A stretch of DNA of 64,000 nucleotides from Planctomycetota bacterium. GTDB lineage: Bacteria > Planctomycetota > B15-G4 > SIAN01. Made by a program: the position numbers and the translations under genes. Position 1 is the first letter of the stretch, and the number at the start of each line of letters is the position of its first letter. The DNA lies in contig JANNXA010000018.1 of NCBI GenBank assembly GCA_031409275.1, positions 59,339 through 123,338 of the forward strand, given 5' to 3'. Below, in pieces: positions 38,803 through 48,288 of the stretch. Below the pieces are notes generated by a model, which ran no database searches, was not told where the DNA came from, and was given only the letters and a program-made list of their open reading frames with translations.

Positions 38803-39897
38803 ATGCTCGCGATTCCCCTCATTGCCGCGCTTTCGATCGCTTCGGGCCCTCCCGCGTCGGCGCCGCCGCGGCAGCCGGCTCCAGTCGCCATCCGTGTCGA
38901 CGGCGTCGTCCAGACCGACGGCGCGATCGGGCCCGGCGGCTGGATCATCGTTCGCAACGGCCGCATCGAATCGATCGGAACGGCCGCGCCGCCGCCGGGA
39001 GCTGCGACCTTCGAGTTCGTCGGCGGCATCGCGTGCGCCGGCATGGTCGATGTGGCGACGCAGCTCGGCGCGCCCGGCCAGTTCAGCGAACCGTCGCGCG
39101 CCTTCACTCCTGACGTTGCCGCGGCAGACGCCTTCGAGCCCGACCACTCGAGCTTCCTTGCGGCCGCGCGCTCCGGCGTGACGACGGTGGCGCTCACGCC
39201 TGGCAGCGACAACATCGTCGGCGGGAGGCTCGCGCTCATCCGCACGCGCGACGACCACGATCGCGCTGCGCAGTTCGTCGGTCCCGGTCCGTTGCGCTTC
39301 ACGTGGAGCGATGCGGCGTTCCCCGAGGATCGACTGCCCTCGTCGCGAATGGGCGCGATGGCGCGACTGCGCGAGCTGCTGGCGAACGACACCGCCAAGA
39401 CTGCCGGCGCCAGCCTCGTGTCGGCGCAGACTTCCGACCAGATCCGAACGGCGCTCGACGCGTTCACTGCGTCGAATCGCCCGTTGGCGCTGCTGCAGCC
39501 GTTCCATGCCGAGGAGGCGCTCGCGCTGTTGCCGGGCCGTGCGCAAGGCGTGGTGGTCGGCCCCTTCAACCTCGATACGGCGGAACGCGAGACGCGGCTA
39601 CCGAAGCAGCTGGCCGATCTTGCGGTGGCGGTCGCGTTCACCGCGAACGGCGACGGCGCCGCGCTGCGCCTGACCGCTGCGATCGCCGTGCGATCCGGAC
39701 TCGACCCGAAGTCGGCGCGGCTCGGCTTGACCTCGGTGCCGGCGCGTCTGCTCGGCATCGATGGCGACGCCGGCACGCTCGAACCGGGCAAGCGCGCTGA
39801 CCTCGTCATCTACGGCGGTGATCCGCTCGACCTTGCCGTCTCGATCCAGATGGTCCTCGTCGGCGGCGGTGCAGTCGCCAAGAAGGAGACGCCATGA
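38803..39897 (+). CDS. Exported amidohydrolase-fold protein 2 (degenerate)
   Basis: Signal peptide; AGMVDVATQ, SGVTT, PARLLG..GTLEPGKRADLV. Confidence 0.88.
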   Translation: MLAIPLIAALSIASGPPASAPPRQPAPVAIRVDGVVQTDGAIGPGGWIIVRNGRIESIGTAAPPPGAATFEFVGGIACAGMVDVATQLGAPGQFSEPSRAFTPDVAAADAFEPDHSSFLAAARSGVTTVALTPGSDNIVGGRLALIRTRDDHDRAAQFVGPGPLRFTWSDAAFPEDRLPSSRMGAMARLRELLANDTAKTAGASLVSAQTSDQIRTALDAFTASNRPLALLQPFHAEEALALLPGRAQGVVVGPFNLDTAERETRLPKQLADLAVAVAFTANGDGAALRLTAAIAVRSGLDPKSARLGLTSVPARLLGIDGDAGTLEPGKRADLVIYGGDPLDLAVSIQMVLVGGGAVAKKETP

Positions 39898-41168
39898 TTC
39901 CGGCGCTCTGCGCCCTCGTGCTGGCGGCCGCGGATGCGGCGCCGGCAGCCTCCGCGCCGCAACGACTGCGCGGCGACGTGATCGTGCTGCAAGCGGCCGA
40001 AGTGCATGTCGGCGACGGCACCGTCTTCAAGCCGGGTCTCGTGATCGTCCAGGACGGCAAGCTCGTCGCGGCGGGCCAGTCGATGCCGCTGCCAGCCGGC
40101 GCCAACGTGATCGACTGCGGCAGCGCGACGATCACGCCGGGGCTCGTCGATGCCGCCTGCCAGCTCGGCACGTCTGCGCTCTTCGGCGCGGCCGAGCAAG
40201 GCTCCGAGGTCATCCCGCAGCTCGACATGTGGGACGCGCTCGACCTCTATTCGCGCGACTTCGAGCAGCTCGTCGCCGATGGCGTGACGACCGTCTTCGT
40301 GACGGGCGAAGCGTCGTCGGTGATCTCCGCGAAGGGCGCCGCGCTCAAGACCGGCGGGCCGATTGCGGATCGTCGCCTTCCTGCCAAGCCCATCGTGAAA
40401 CTGACGCTCGGTCCCGAAAGCTCGGGGCGCGGCGCCAGCAACCGAGGACCGAGCCGCTTCGGCGGAGTTTCCTATTCGACGCGCCGCCCGACCACTCGCA
40501 TGGGCTCGGCCTGGGTCTTCCGCAAGGCGATGCACGATTCGATCGCGTTCCGCGACGCGGGCCGCGCCAGCAACGAGGATCTCGAGCCCGATGCGATGCG
40601 AGCGCTCGCCGACGTGCTCGCCGGAAAGACGGCGTTGCGAGTGCAGGCGCGCGAAGCGCTCGACTTCTTCACCGCGGTGAAGCTGGCCGACGAGTTCGGC
40701 CTCTCGTTCAGCTACGAGTACGCCACCGAAGCGGCGCAATGCCTCGACCTCCTCGCCGCGCGCAAGATCCCGGTGATCTTCGGTCCGGTGCGGAGCAGCG
40801 ACTCGATCTTCGAGGGTTTCGAGGGGGCGATGCCGGCGCTCGAGACGCCGCGACTGCTGGCGGCGAAGGGGATCCACTTCTGCCTCACCGCATCGGATGG
40901 CAGCGGCGAAGGCGGGCTCGGTCGTCAGGCCGGTCTCGCCATCCGTTTCGGTCTCGACCGCGCGCAGGCGCTGCGATCGGTCACCTCCGATCCGGCACAG
41001 ATGGTGGGGCTCGACGGCCGCGTCGGTCGTCTCGTTCCCGGACTCGATGCTGACCTCGTCGTCTGGAACGGCGCGCCGTTCGACGACACCGCGAAACCCG
41101 TGCTCGTGCTGATCCAAGGCCGGCCCGTCCTCGACCTGCAAGGCAAGTTCCGCAAGGAGAACTCGTGA
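39894..41168 (+). CDS. Exported amidohydrolase-fold protein 3 (degenerate)
   Basis: Signal peptide; TPGLVDAACQ, GVTT, PTTRMG, PAQMVG..GRLVPGLDADLV. Confidence 0.88.
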   Translation: MIPALCALVLAAADAAPAASAPQRLRGDVIVLQAAEVHVGDGTVFKPGLVIVQDGKLVAAGQSMPLPAGANVIDCGSATITPGLVDAACQLGTSALFGAAEQGSEVIPQLDMWDALDLYSRDFEQLVADGVTTVFVTGEASSVISAKGAALKTGGPIADRRLPAKPIVKLTLGPESSGRGASNRGPSRFGGVSYSTRRPTTRMGSAWVFRKAMHDSIAFRDAGRASNEDLEPDAMRALADVLAGKTALRVQAREALDFFTAVKLADEFGLSFSYEYATEAAQCLDLLAARKIPVIFGPVRSSDSIFEGFEGAMPALETPRLLAAKGIHFCLTASDGSGEGGLGRQAGLAIRFGLDRAQALRSVTSDPAQMVGLDGRVGRLVPGLDADLVVWNGAPFDDTAKPVLVLIQGRPVLDLQGKFRKENS

Positions 41169-42496
41169 TGGTCCTCTCGTCGCTTCTGGTCGCCGGACTC
41201 CTCGCGGCGGCCTCGTCGATCGGTGACGCGGCCGCGGTGCGCGGCGGAACGATCGTGAACCCGGACGGGTCGCGCGTCGAGAAGGGCGTGGTCGTCATCC
41301 AGGGCGGCAAGATCACGGCGGTGGGTGGACCGGAGACGCCGATCCCCGCCGACGCCACCGTCTACGAAGCGGACGGCAAGGTGGTCTTCCCGGGGATGAT
41401 CCTCGCCCACACGCAAGTCGGGCTCGACATCCCCAACGAGAACATGCCGGTCGCCCCGTTCGTGAACGTCTACGACTCGATCGAGCCGAACTCGGCCGAG
41501 TACGAAGAGTGCCTCCGCACTGGCATCACGACGGTGCACGCGATCCAGGGCAACAACACCGTGATCGGCGGCCTCTCGCGCGTGATCCGGCCGCTCGGCG
41601 ACATGGTCGAGTACATGACCGTGCGCCCCGACTACGCCATGAAGATCTCCATCACGCCGCGCAGTGGCTTCAACCGGATGACGCAGATGGCGGAGCTCCG
41701 CCGCGCGTTCGCCGACCTGAAGGCGCACGTCGAGGCGGTCGCCGAGCGTCGCTACGAGGAAGAGCAGAAGAAGAAAGAGGAGAAGGTCCTCGTGGTCCCC
41801 GACGAGGCGGTGAAGCTCGGCATGGAGAAGGTGACGATCGACGACCTCGATGCGCGCTGGCGGACGCTGTGGCGGGCCAGCAAGGGCGAGGTGCCGCTCT
41901 TCGTCCACTGCGACCGTGCGATGGATGTCGCGAACGGCATCGCGTGGTTGCGCGAAGCGAAGCTGCTGGAGAAGGCGGTCTTCGTGGTCGGCACCGAGGC
42001 CTACAAGTCGGTCGGTGCGCTGAAGCAGGCCGGGCGTCCGGTGATCCTCTCGGGCACGCTCGTCCACAAGGACGTCGACCTCCTCACCGGCAAGGAGACG
42101 GAGATCTTCGTCCCGAAGGTCTTCGCGGACGCGGGGGTCCACTTCGTGCTGCAGCCCAACGGCTTCGCCTTCAACGCCGACGGGCTGCTCTGGTACCAGG
42201 CGGCGCGCTGCGTGCGTGAGGGCATCGCTCGCGATGTGGCCTTCAATGCCGTGACGCAATGGGCGGCGGAGGCCATCGGCATGGGCGACACGCTCGGTTC
42301 GATCAGCACCGGCAAGTGGGGCAACGTCGTCATCTTCTCGGGCGATCCGCTCGATCAGGCGACCGTCGTCGAGAAGCTGCTGCTCGAAGGTCGCCTCGCC
42401 TACGACCGCTCCACCGATCGCCGGTTGAAGGAACTATCGACGGGTCAGGATCTGGCCGCTCCGTCGGCAGTGCCCGCCGCGACCGCAGGCAAGTGA
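41165..42496 (+). CDS. Exported amidohydrolase-fold protein 4 (partial motif)
   Basis: Signal peptide; FPGMILAHTQ, GITT, VHC, AAEAIG..GSISTGKWGN. Confidence 0.88.
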   Translation: MMVLSSLLVAGLLAAASSIGDAAAVRGGTIVNPDGSRVEKGVVVIQGGKITAVGGPETPIPADATVYEADGKVVFPGMILAHTQVGLDIPNENMPVAPFVNVYDSIEPNSAEYEECLRTGITTVHAIQGNNTVIGGLSRVIRPLGDMVEYMTVRPDYAMKISITPRSGFNRMTQMAELRRAFADLKAHVEAVAERRYEEEQKKKEEKVLVVPDEAVKLGMEKVTIDDLDARWRTLWRASKGEVPLFVHCDRAMDVANGIAWLREAKLLEKAVFVVGTEAYKSVGALKQAGRPVILSGTLVHKDVDLLTGKETEIFVPKVFADAGVHFVLQPNGFAFNADGLLWYQAARCVREGIARDVAFNAVTQWAAEAIGMGDTLGSISTGKWGNVVIFSGDPLDQATVVEKLLLEGRLAYDRSTDRRLKELSTGQDLAAPSAVPAATAGK

Positions 42497-42529
42497 CGCG
42501 CGTTCGCGTGCCGCAAGGAGAGTCCTGAC

Positions 42530-45500
42530 ATGGTGCATCGCACCGCTCCCATCCTGGCTGCCACCGCTGCGCTCCTTGGCGCCGCGCTGTTGCCCACGTC
42601 GACGCGCGCGGCGCAACCGCTGCGCGTCGGTGATCCGCCGGCCAAGCTCTTCGTCAAGGCGGGACGGCTGTGGACCGGCGCGCCGGAAGGCGCGCAGGTC
42701 CCGACCTACCTCTCGCCCGGCGCGATGCTGATCGTCGATGGCAAGATCGTCGAGGTCGCCGCCACGCTCGAAGCGCCAGCCGACGCAGTCGTCGTCGATC
42801 TCGGCGACGCTTCGGTGATGCCGGGTCTCGTCGATGCCAGCACGAGCCTCGCCGGCACTTCCGAGTTCCTCGCGAACTCGGTCTGGAAGGATGAGGCGGT
42901 CGCGGCGCAGTTCGACCCAGCCGACTCGTTCGACACCTTCGCCGACTGGCGACCGGCGCTGCTCGGCGGCGTGACGACGGTCTACCTTTCCTGCGGTGAA
43001 CGCCGCCTCGTCAGCGGACAGGGCGCCGTCGCCAAGCTCTCTTCGCGCGGCGGCGGTTCGACGATCCTCGTCCGCCAGTCGGCGCTCGAGATCAACCTCG
43101 GCCCGAGCAGCCTCAACCCGCCACCGAAGATCGATCCACCGGTCCCCGCGGCGGCCGATCAGCCGATTCGACCGGCGCAACGCCAGCTGCCCACCACCCG
43201 AGTGGGGCAGCTGATGGGCGTACGCGAAGCCTTCGCTCTCGCGCGTGGCACGATCGAAGCGGGCGACCTCTCGACGCTCGCGCTGGCGGCCGCCGTGCAG
43301 GCACGCCGTCCGTTGCGCATCAGCGCGGACGAGGCGTCCGATCTGCTGCGGGCCACGCAACTCGCGCGTGAGCTCGGCCACCCGGCGGTGATCGTCGGCG
43401 GCGCCGAGGCCTCGCTGGTCGCGGATCAACTCGCCGCCGCGCGCTATCCGGTGGTGGTCGAGATCGGCCTGTCGCTCGAACGTCCACCCGCCGAGCGTGG
43501 AGCGCTGGACGTCGACGCGCCGCGCCTGCGGCCGGAGTCGGCTGCGGAACTCGTCCGGCGCGGGGTGAAGGTCGCGCTGGCGACGCCGCCCGGCTCCTCT
43601 CCCGCCGATCTGCTGCTGGCCGGCGCGATCGCCGTGCGCGGCGGTCTCACCACGGAGCAGGCGGTCGCGGCACTGACGCGAGTGCCCGCCGAGATCCTCG
43701 GCGTCGGCCATCGCCTCGGCTGCCTCATGCCGGGGAAGGACGCCGACTTCATCGCGCTGTCCGGCGAGCCGTTCCTGCGCAGCTCTTACGTGCAGAAGGT
43801 CTTCGTCGAGGGACGCCTGGCGGCGGAGCCGACTCCGGTCGCGCGCTCGAGTGCGACGGGAACGAGTGGCGGAACGGTCGTGATTCGCGGTGGCACGCTG
43901 ATGAGCGGTGTCGGAGAGCCGATCCGCGGTGGCGCGGTCGCGATTCGCAATGGCCGCATCGTGGCGGTGGGCGCCGACGTTGCCGTGCCGCAAGGGGCGC
44001 GCATTATCGACGTCGGACCCGGCACCGTGATCACGCCGGGATTCCTCGACGCGAACTCGCATCTGGAGTACGGCGAGGATCGCACCAACCTGAGCCTCGA
44101 CTTCGATCTGGTGCAGGCGGTGGCCGGAGCCGACGCGGCGGCGCTCGAAGTCGCGCGCCACGGCGTGACGACCGCGCTGGTGCAGACGTGGCAGGCGAAC
44201 CAGGGCGGATCGCGCATCGTCGCGTTGAAGACGGCGGGCACGACGCGCGCGGCGCGTCTGGTCGATGCGCTGGCGGGCGTCAAGATGTTCTGGCGCGGGC
44301 CGTTCGATCCGTTGCTCACCGCGGAGCGCTACCGCGGCCAGCTCGGCGAGGCGAAGCGCTACGCCGAGGCGTGGACGAAGTACGCCGAGGAGCTCGCCAA
44401 GTGGAACGAGGAACAGAAGAAGAAGAGCGCGGAGCAGGCTGCCGCCGACCTTGCGAAGGCCGCTGAACCGAAGAAAGAGGAAGCGCCGGCGGAGGTCGCC
44501 AAGGAGAAGAAGGCCGATCCGCTGACCGGCAAGTGGTCGGTGACTGTTTCGGGCGGCCCGATGCCGGAACCGATGAACGGCACCATGAGCCTGAAGCTCG
44601 ACGGCGAGAAGGTCACGGGCACCTTCGCCGCGCTGTTCGGCGACGAGGAAGATCCGCGCAACGTGTCGGGCACGCTGTCGGGGAAGACGCTCTCGCTCGA
44701 GATCGACGTCGAGATCCCGATCGGCAAGCCGCGTCTCGAGACGGAGCTCGACGCCGACGACCACATGGCCGGCAAGCTGAAGCTCGGCGATCGCTTCGCC
44801 TTCGACTTCAGCGCGACGCGCACCGACAAGACCTTCGTCGAAGTGGTGACGGTCGCCAAGGGCAAGAAGAAGAGCGCGGACGGCAAGCCGACGGCGCCCG
44901 ACCTGAAGCCCGAGCTCGAGCCGTTCCGCCGCGTCTTCGCCGGCGAGATTCCGATCGTGCTGGAGTGCGATTCGGCGGTGGGGATCAAGCAGGCGCTGAA
45001 GGTCTTCGCCGAGTTCAAGGTCGAGGTCGTCCTGCTCGGTGCCGACGAGCTGCACCGCCTTCCGCTCGCCGAGTGGAAGGGAGTGGTGAAAGGGATCATC
45101 GTCCCGGAGGCGATCGAGGTGCCGCGGACGGTGGCGATGACGCCCGGCGCGGCGCCCGTCGAGAGTGACGGTCCGCGACGTCGTCCGCCGCAAGGCGACG
45201 CACCCGCGGTCGGACGCCCCGTCGAGAGCAGCGCGTCGCGCGAGCGCTTCGTCCCGGCGGCGGAGTACTCGGCGCTCGGCGTGCCGGTCGCCTTCCAGAG
45301 CAACGGCATCACGACCGCGCGCGGCTTGAGCCTCAACGCCGCGTACGCGGTGCGGCTCGGGATGGACCCGCGCGCCGCGTTGCGCGCGCTGACCATCGAG
45401 CCGGCGCGCATGTTCCACATCGACGACCAGGTTGGCTCGCTCGAGCCGGGCAAGCAGGGCGACGTCCTGGTCTTCTCGGGTGACCCTTTCGAGTTCTCGT

Positions 45501-45559
45501 CGCGCCTGCTGAAGGTCTTCGTCTCGGGCGAAGAGATCGCGCTGGAGCTGAAGCCATGA
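42530..45559 (+). CDS. Exported double-domain amidohydrolase-fold protein 5
   Basis: Two complete repeats (PGLVDASTS...GKDAD; PGFLDANSH...GKQGD) with a beta-rich insert in the second. Confidence 0.9.
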   Translation: MVHRTAPILAATAALLGAALLPTSTRAAQPLRVGDPPAKLFVKAGRLWTGAPEGAQVPTYLSPGAMLIVDGKIVEVAATLEAPADAVVVDLGDASVMPGLVDASTSLAGTSEFLANSVWKDEAVAAQFDPADSFDTFADWRPALLGGVTTVYLSCGERRLVSGQGAVAKLSSRGGGSTILVRQSALEINLGPSSLNPPPKIDPPVPAAADQPIRPAQRQLPTTRVGQLMGVREAFALARGTIEAGDLSTLALAAAVQARRPLRISADEASDLLRATQLARELGHPAVIVGGAEASLVADQLAAARYPVVVEIGLSLERPPAERGALDVDAPRLRPESAAELVRRGVKVALATPPGSSPADLLLAGAIAVRGGLTTEQAVAALTRVPAEILGVGHRLGCLMPGKDADFIALSGEPFLRSSYVQKVFVEGRLAAEPTPVARSSATGTSGGTVVIRGGTLMSGVGEPIRGGAVAIRNGRIVAVGADVAVPQGARIIDVGPGTVITPGFLDANSHLEYGEDRTNLSLDFDLVQAVAGADAAALEVARHGVTTALVQTWQANQGGSRIVALKTAGTTRAARLVDALAGVKMFWRGPFDPLLTAERYRGQLGEAKRYAEAWTKYAEELAKWNEEQKKKSAEQAAADLAKAAEPKKEEAPAEVAKEKKADPLTGKWSVTVSGGPMPEPMNGTMSLKLDGEKVTGTFAALFGDEEDPRNVSGTLSGKTLSLEIDVEIPIGKPRLETELDADDHMAGKLKLGDRFAFDFSATRTDKTFVEVVTVAKGKKKSADGKPTAPDLKPELEPFRRVFAGEIPIVLECDSAVGIKQALKVFAEFKVEVVLLGADELHRLPLAEWKGVVKGIIVPEAIEVPRTVAMTPGAAPVESDGPRRRPPQGDAPAVGRPVESSASRERFVPAAEYSALGVPVAFQSNGITTARGLSLNAAYAVRLGMDPRAALRALTIEPARMFHIDDQVGSLEPGKQGDVLVFSGDPFEFSSRLLKVFVSGEEIALELKP

Positions 45560-46833
45560 GCCTCGGATCTCCCCTTCTGTTGGCCCTCCTCTCACCGCTG
45601 CTGGCCGCAGGCGGAGAAGCGACGCTGGTGGCCCCAGCTGCCGCGCCACGTGCGCCGGAACCGGCGCCACGGCTCGCGATCGTCGTGACGAAGGCGTGCA
45701 CCGTCTCCGAGAGCGATGCGATCGTCGACAACGCCGTGATCCTGGTGAAGGACGGCCGCATCGAGAAGATCGGCCGCCAGTCGGAAGTCGCCATTCCCGA
45801 GGGCTACCAGCTCATCGACGGCAAGGGGATGTGGGCGGTGCCCGGCTTCGTCGACTGCCACGACCACGTCGGCGGCGGGCTCTCCGACCTGAACGACGGC
45901 GTGTACCTCAGCAACCCCGGCCTCAATTCGCTGCACACGATCGATCCCGAGAACGACAACGTGAAGAACGCGTTGGCGGGCGGCGTGACGACGGTGCTGG
46001 TGATCCCTGGCTCCGGCAACAACATGTCGGGCTTCGGCACCGTCATCAAGACGTGGGGCCACACGATCGACGACGTCGTGGTGCGCTCGCCGGGCTCGCT
46101 CAAGATCGCCCAGTCGGGCAACCCCGAGCGCTACTGGTACGGCATCGGCCGCTCGTTCATGAACTTCAACACGCGCGACACGCTCCTGCGCGCCAAGAAG
46201 TACCACTCGGCGTGGAAGGCCTTCGAAGAGGGCAGCGGCGCGAAGCCGGACTACAGCCCCTACTTCCACGAGTTCCGCGGGCTGATCGACAAGAAGTTCC
46301 CCGTCACGGTCCACACGCAGATCTATCAGGTCGTCGCTGAGACGATCCAGATGCTGCACGACGAACTCGGGCTCTGGGCCGTGCTCGACCACTCGGAGTT
46401 CGATGCCTGCGAGCTCGGCGCCGAGACCAGCAAGCGCGACATGTTCGTCATCGTCGGGCCGCGCGCGATCCACTACGACCGGCGCGATCGCGAGATCGTC
46501 GGACTGTGCGCCGAATGGCTGCGCACCGGCAACGGCAAGCAGAAGCTCGGCGTGAACACCGACGCGCCAGTGCAGCCGCAGGAAGACCTTTCGATGCAGG
46601 CGACCTATGCGGTGCGCTTCGGCCTGCCGCGCGAGCGCGGCCTGTCGGCGCTGACGCGCGTGCCGGCGCAGGCGCTCGGCATCTTCGACCGCCTCGGCTC
46701 GCTCGAGGCGGGCAAGGATGCGGACCTCGGCCTGTGGACCGGCGATCCGATCGATCCGGCCAGCTCTTGCCTGTTGACCATCGTGAACGGCCGCATCGCG
46801 TACGACTCGAAGACCATGGGCCGGCGCTATTGA
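45556..46833 (+). CDS. Exported metal-dependent amidohydrolase 6 (intact ligands)
   Basis: PGFVDCHDH, SLKIA, VHTQ, LDHS, NTDAP, GSLEAGKDAD. Confidence 0.92.
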   Translation: MSLGSPLLLALLSPLLAAGGEATLVAPAAAPRAPEPAPRLAIVVTKACTVSESDAIVDNAVILVKDGRIEKIGRQSEVAIPEGYQLIDGKGMWAVPGFVDCHDHVGGGLSDLNDGVYLSNPGLNSLHTIDPENDNVKNALAGGVTTVLVIPGSGNNMSGFGTVIKTWGHTIDDVVVRSPGSLKIAQSGNPERYWYGIGRSFMNFNTRDTLLRAKKYHSAWKAFEEGSGAKPDYSPYFHEFRGLIDKKFPVTVHTQIYQVVAETIQMLHDELGLWAVLDHSEFDACELGAETSKRDMFVIVGPRAIHYDRRDREIVGLCAEWLRTGNGKQKLGVNTDAPVQPQEDLSMQATYAVRFGLPRERGLSALTRVPAQALGIFDRLGSLEAGKDADLGLWTGDPIDPASSCLLTIVNGRIAYDSKTMGRRY

Positions 46834-46852
46834 GCCGCGGCGAGGAACGTCC

Positions 46853-48283
46853 ATGCGCACCCTGACTCGAAAGCTCTCCGTCGTCCTGCTGCTTGCGCTG
46901 GCCACGGGCCGGCTGCCCGCAGCGGCTGCCGACGCCGGCGATCGCTACGTCGCGATCCGTTGCGGAAAACTCATCACCGGCACCGGCGAGGAGAAGAGCA
47001 ACGTCACGCTCCTCGTGAAGAACGGCAAGGTCGAGCTCATCGGGGAGAAGGTCGAGCTGCCCTATCCGTGCGAGGTGATCGACGCCAGCAACATGGTCGT
47101 GATGCCGGGCCACGTTCACGCGCACAGCCGCCTCTCGCTGCTCGACTACCAGCGGCAGGGAATGCGAGCGGACGTGAAGGTGGCCGACGAGTTCCTGCCG
47201 GGACCGGGCGCGTTCGATGCCGCGCTGGCGGCGGGCTTCACGACGCTGCAGTTGGTGGCCCCCGGTGCGATCGGCATCCCCGGTCGTTGCATGGTGGTGC
47301 GCACTGCCGACGTCGGCGATGGCTTCGTGATCGACGATGACGGCGCCATCAAGACGAACCTGGTCAACCCGGCTCAGGACCGCCGCATCCTCACCGAGGC
47401 GCTGAACGGCGCCAAGCGCGAGATCGAGAAAGCCGAGAAGGCGCGCGCCGAGTTCGACGCCAAGAAGGAGGCCGCCGAGGAGCAGAAGAAGAAGGAAGAG
47501 GAGGCGAAGAAGCAGCAGGCGCAGGCACCGGCCGGTGGCGCGCCTGCGACCCCGCCCAACGCTCCTCCCAATGCGCCGCCGTCGGGCCCCAAGGCGGGCG
47601 ATCCGCCGAAGCCGGACGAGAAGAAGCCGGAAGAGAAGAAGGAAGAGGTCTTCCAGCCGCCGCCGATCGCGCCGCAGTTGCAGCCGTTCGTCGACCTGGT
47701 GCAGAAGAAGGCGGGCACCTCGCTCTTCGTCAAGCTCGGCGGTGCCACCACCTACCTGCATTGGCTCGAGGCGACCAAGGAGTTCGAGGTCGCGCACGTC
47801 CTCTACCCGGAGGTGTCGCGCGCCTTCAACTGGCCGCAGGCGTTCTCCGGAGTGCCGGGCACCGACCTTCACTGGGTCGCCAAGCAGTTCGGCGAGCACC
47901 ATGAACTGGTCGTCCTGGCGCCTTGGATCTCCTACATCCAGGGCAGCATCGACCTCGTCAACGTGCCGGCGAAGTTCGCCGAGGCGGGGGCGCGGGTCGC
48001 GCTGACGCCGTCGTCGGACGCCGCCGAGGCGTTGGCGGGCTATCGCTTCCAGGTCGCTGAGCTGGTGAAGCAGGGGCTGAAGCGCGCCGACGCGATCGCC
48101 GCGATGACGAAGAATGCGGCGGAGGCGGTCGGTGCAGGAGCAGAACTCGGCACGCTCGAGCCGGGCAAGCGCGCGAACCTCATCGTGCTGAGCGCGGACC
48201 CGTTCGATGCGCAGGCCGCGCTCGACCGCGTGCTGATCGACGGTCGCGTGGCGTGGACTCGCACGCGCAAGAGCCGGAGCTGA
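46853..48283 (+). CDS. Exported amidohydrolase-fold protein 7
   Basis: Signal peptide; MPGHVHAHSR, GFTT, AAEAVG..GTLEPGKRAN. Confidence 0.88.
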   Translation: MRTLTRKLSVVLLLALATGRLPAAAADAGDRYVAIRCGKLITGTGEEKSNVTLLVKNGKVELIGEKVELPYPCEVIDASNMVVMPGHVHAHSRLSLLDYQRQGMRADVKVADEFLPGPGAFDAALAAGFTTLQLVAPGAIGIPGRCMVVRTADVGDGFVIDDDGAIKTNLVNPAQDRRILTEALNGAKREIEKAEKARAEFDAKKEAAEEQKKKEEEAKKQQAQAPAGGAPATPPNAPPNAPPSGPKAGDPPKPDEKKPEEKKEEVFQPPPIAPQLQPFVDLVQKKAGTSLFVKLGGATTYLHWLEATKEFEVAHVLYPEVSRAFNWPQAFSGVPGTDLHWVAKQFGEHHELVVLAPWISYIQGSIDLVNVPAKFAEAGARVALTPSSDAAEALAGYRFQVAELVKQGLKRADAIAAMTKNAAEAVGAGAELGTLEPGKRANLIVLSADPFDAQAALDRVLIDGRVAWTRTRKSRS

Positions 48284-48288
48284 ACCCC

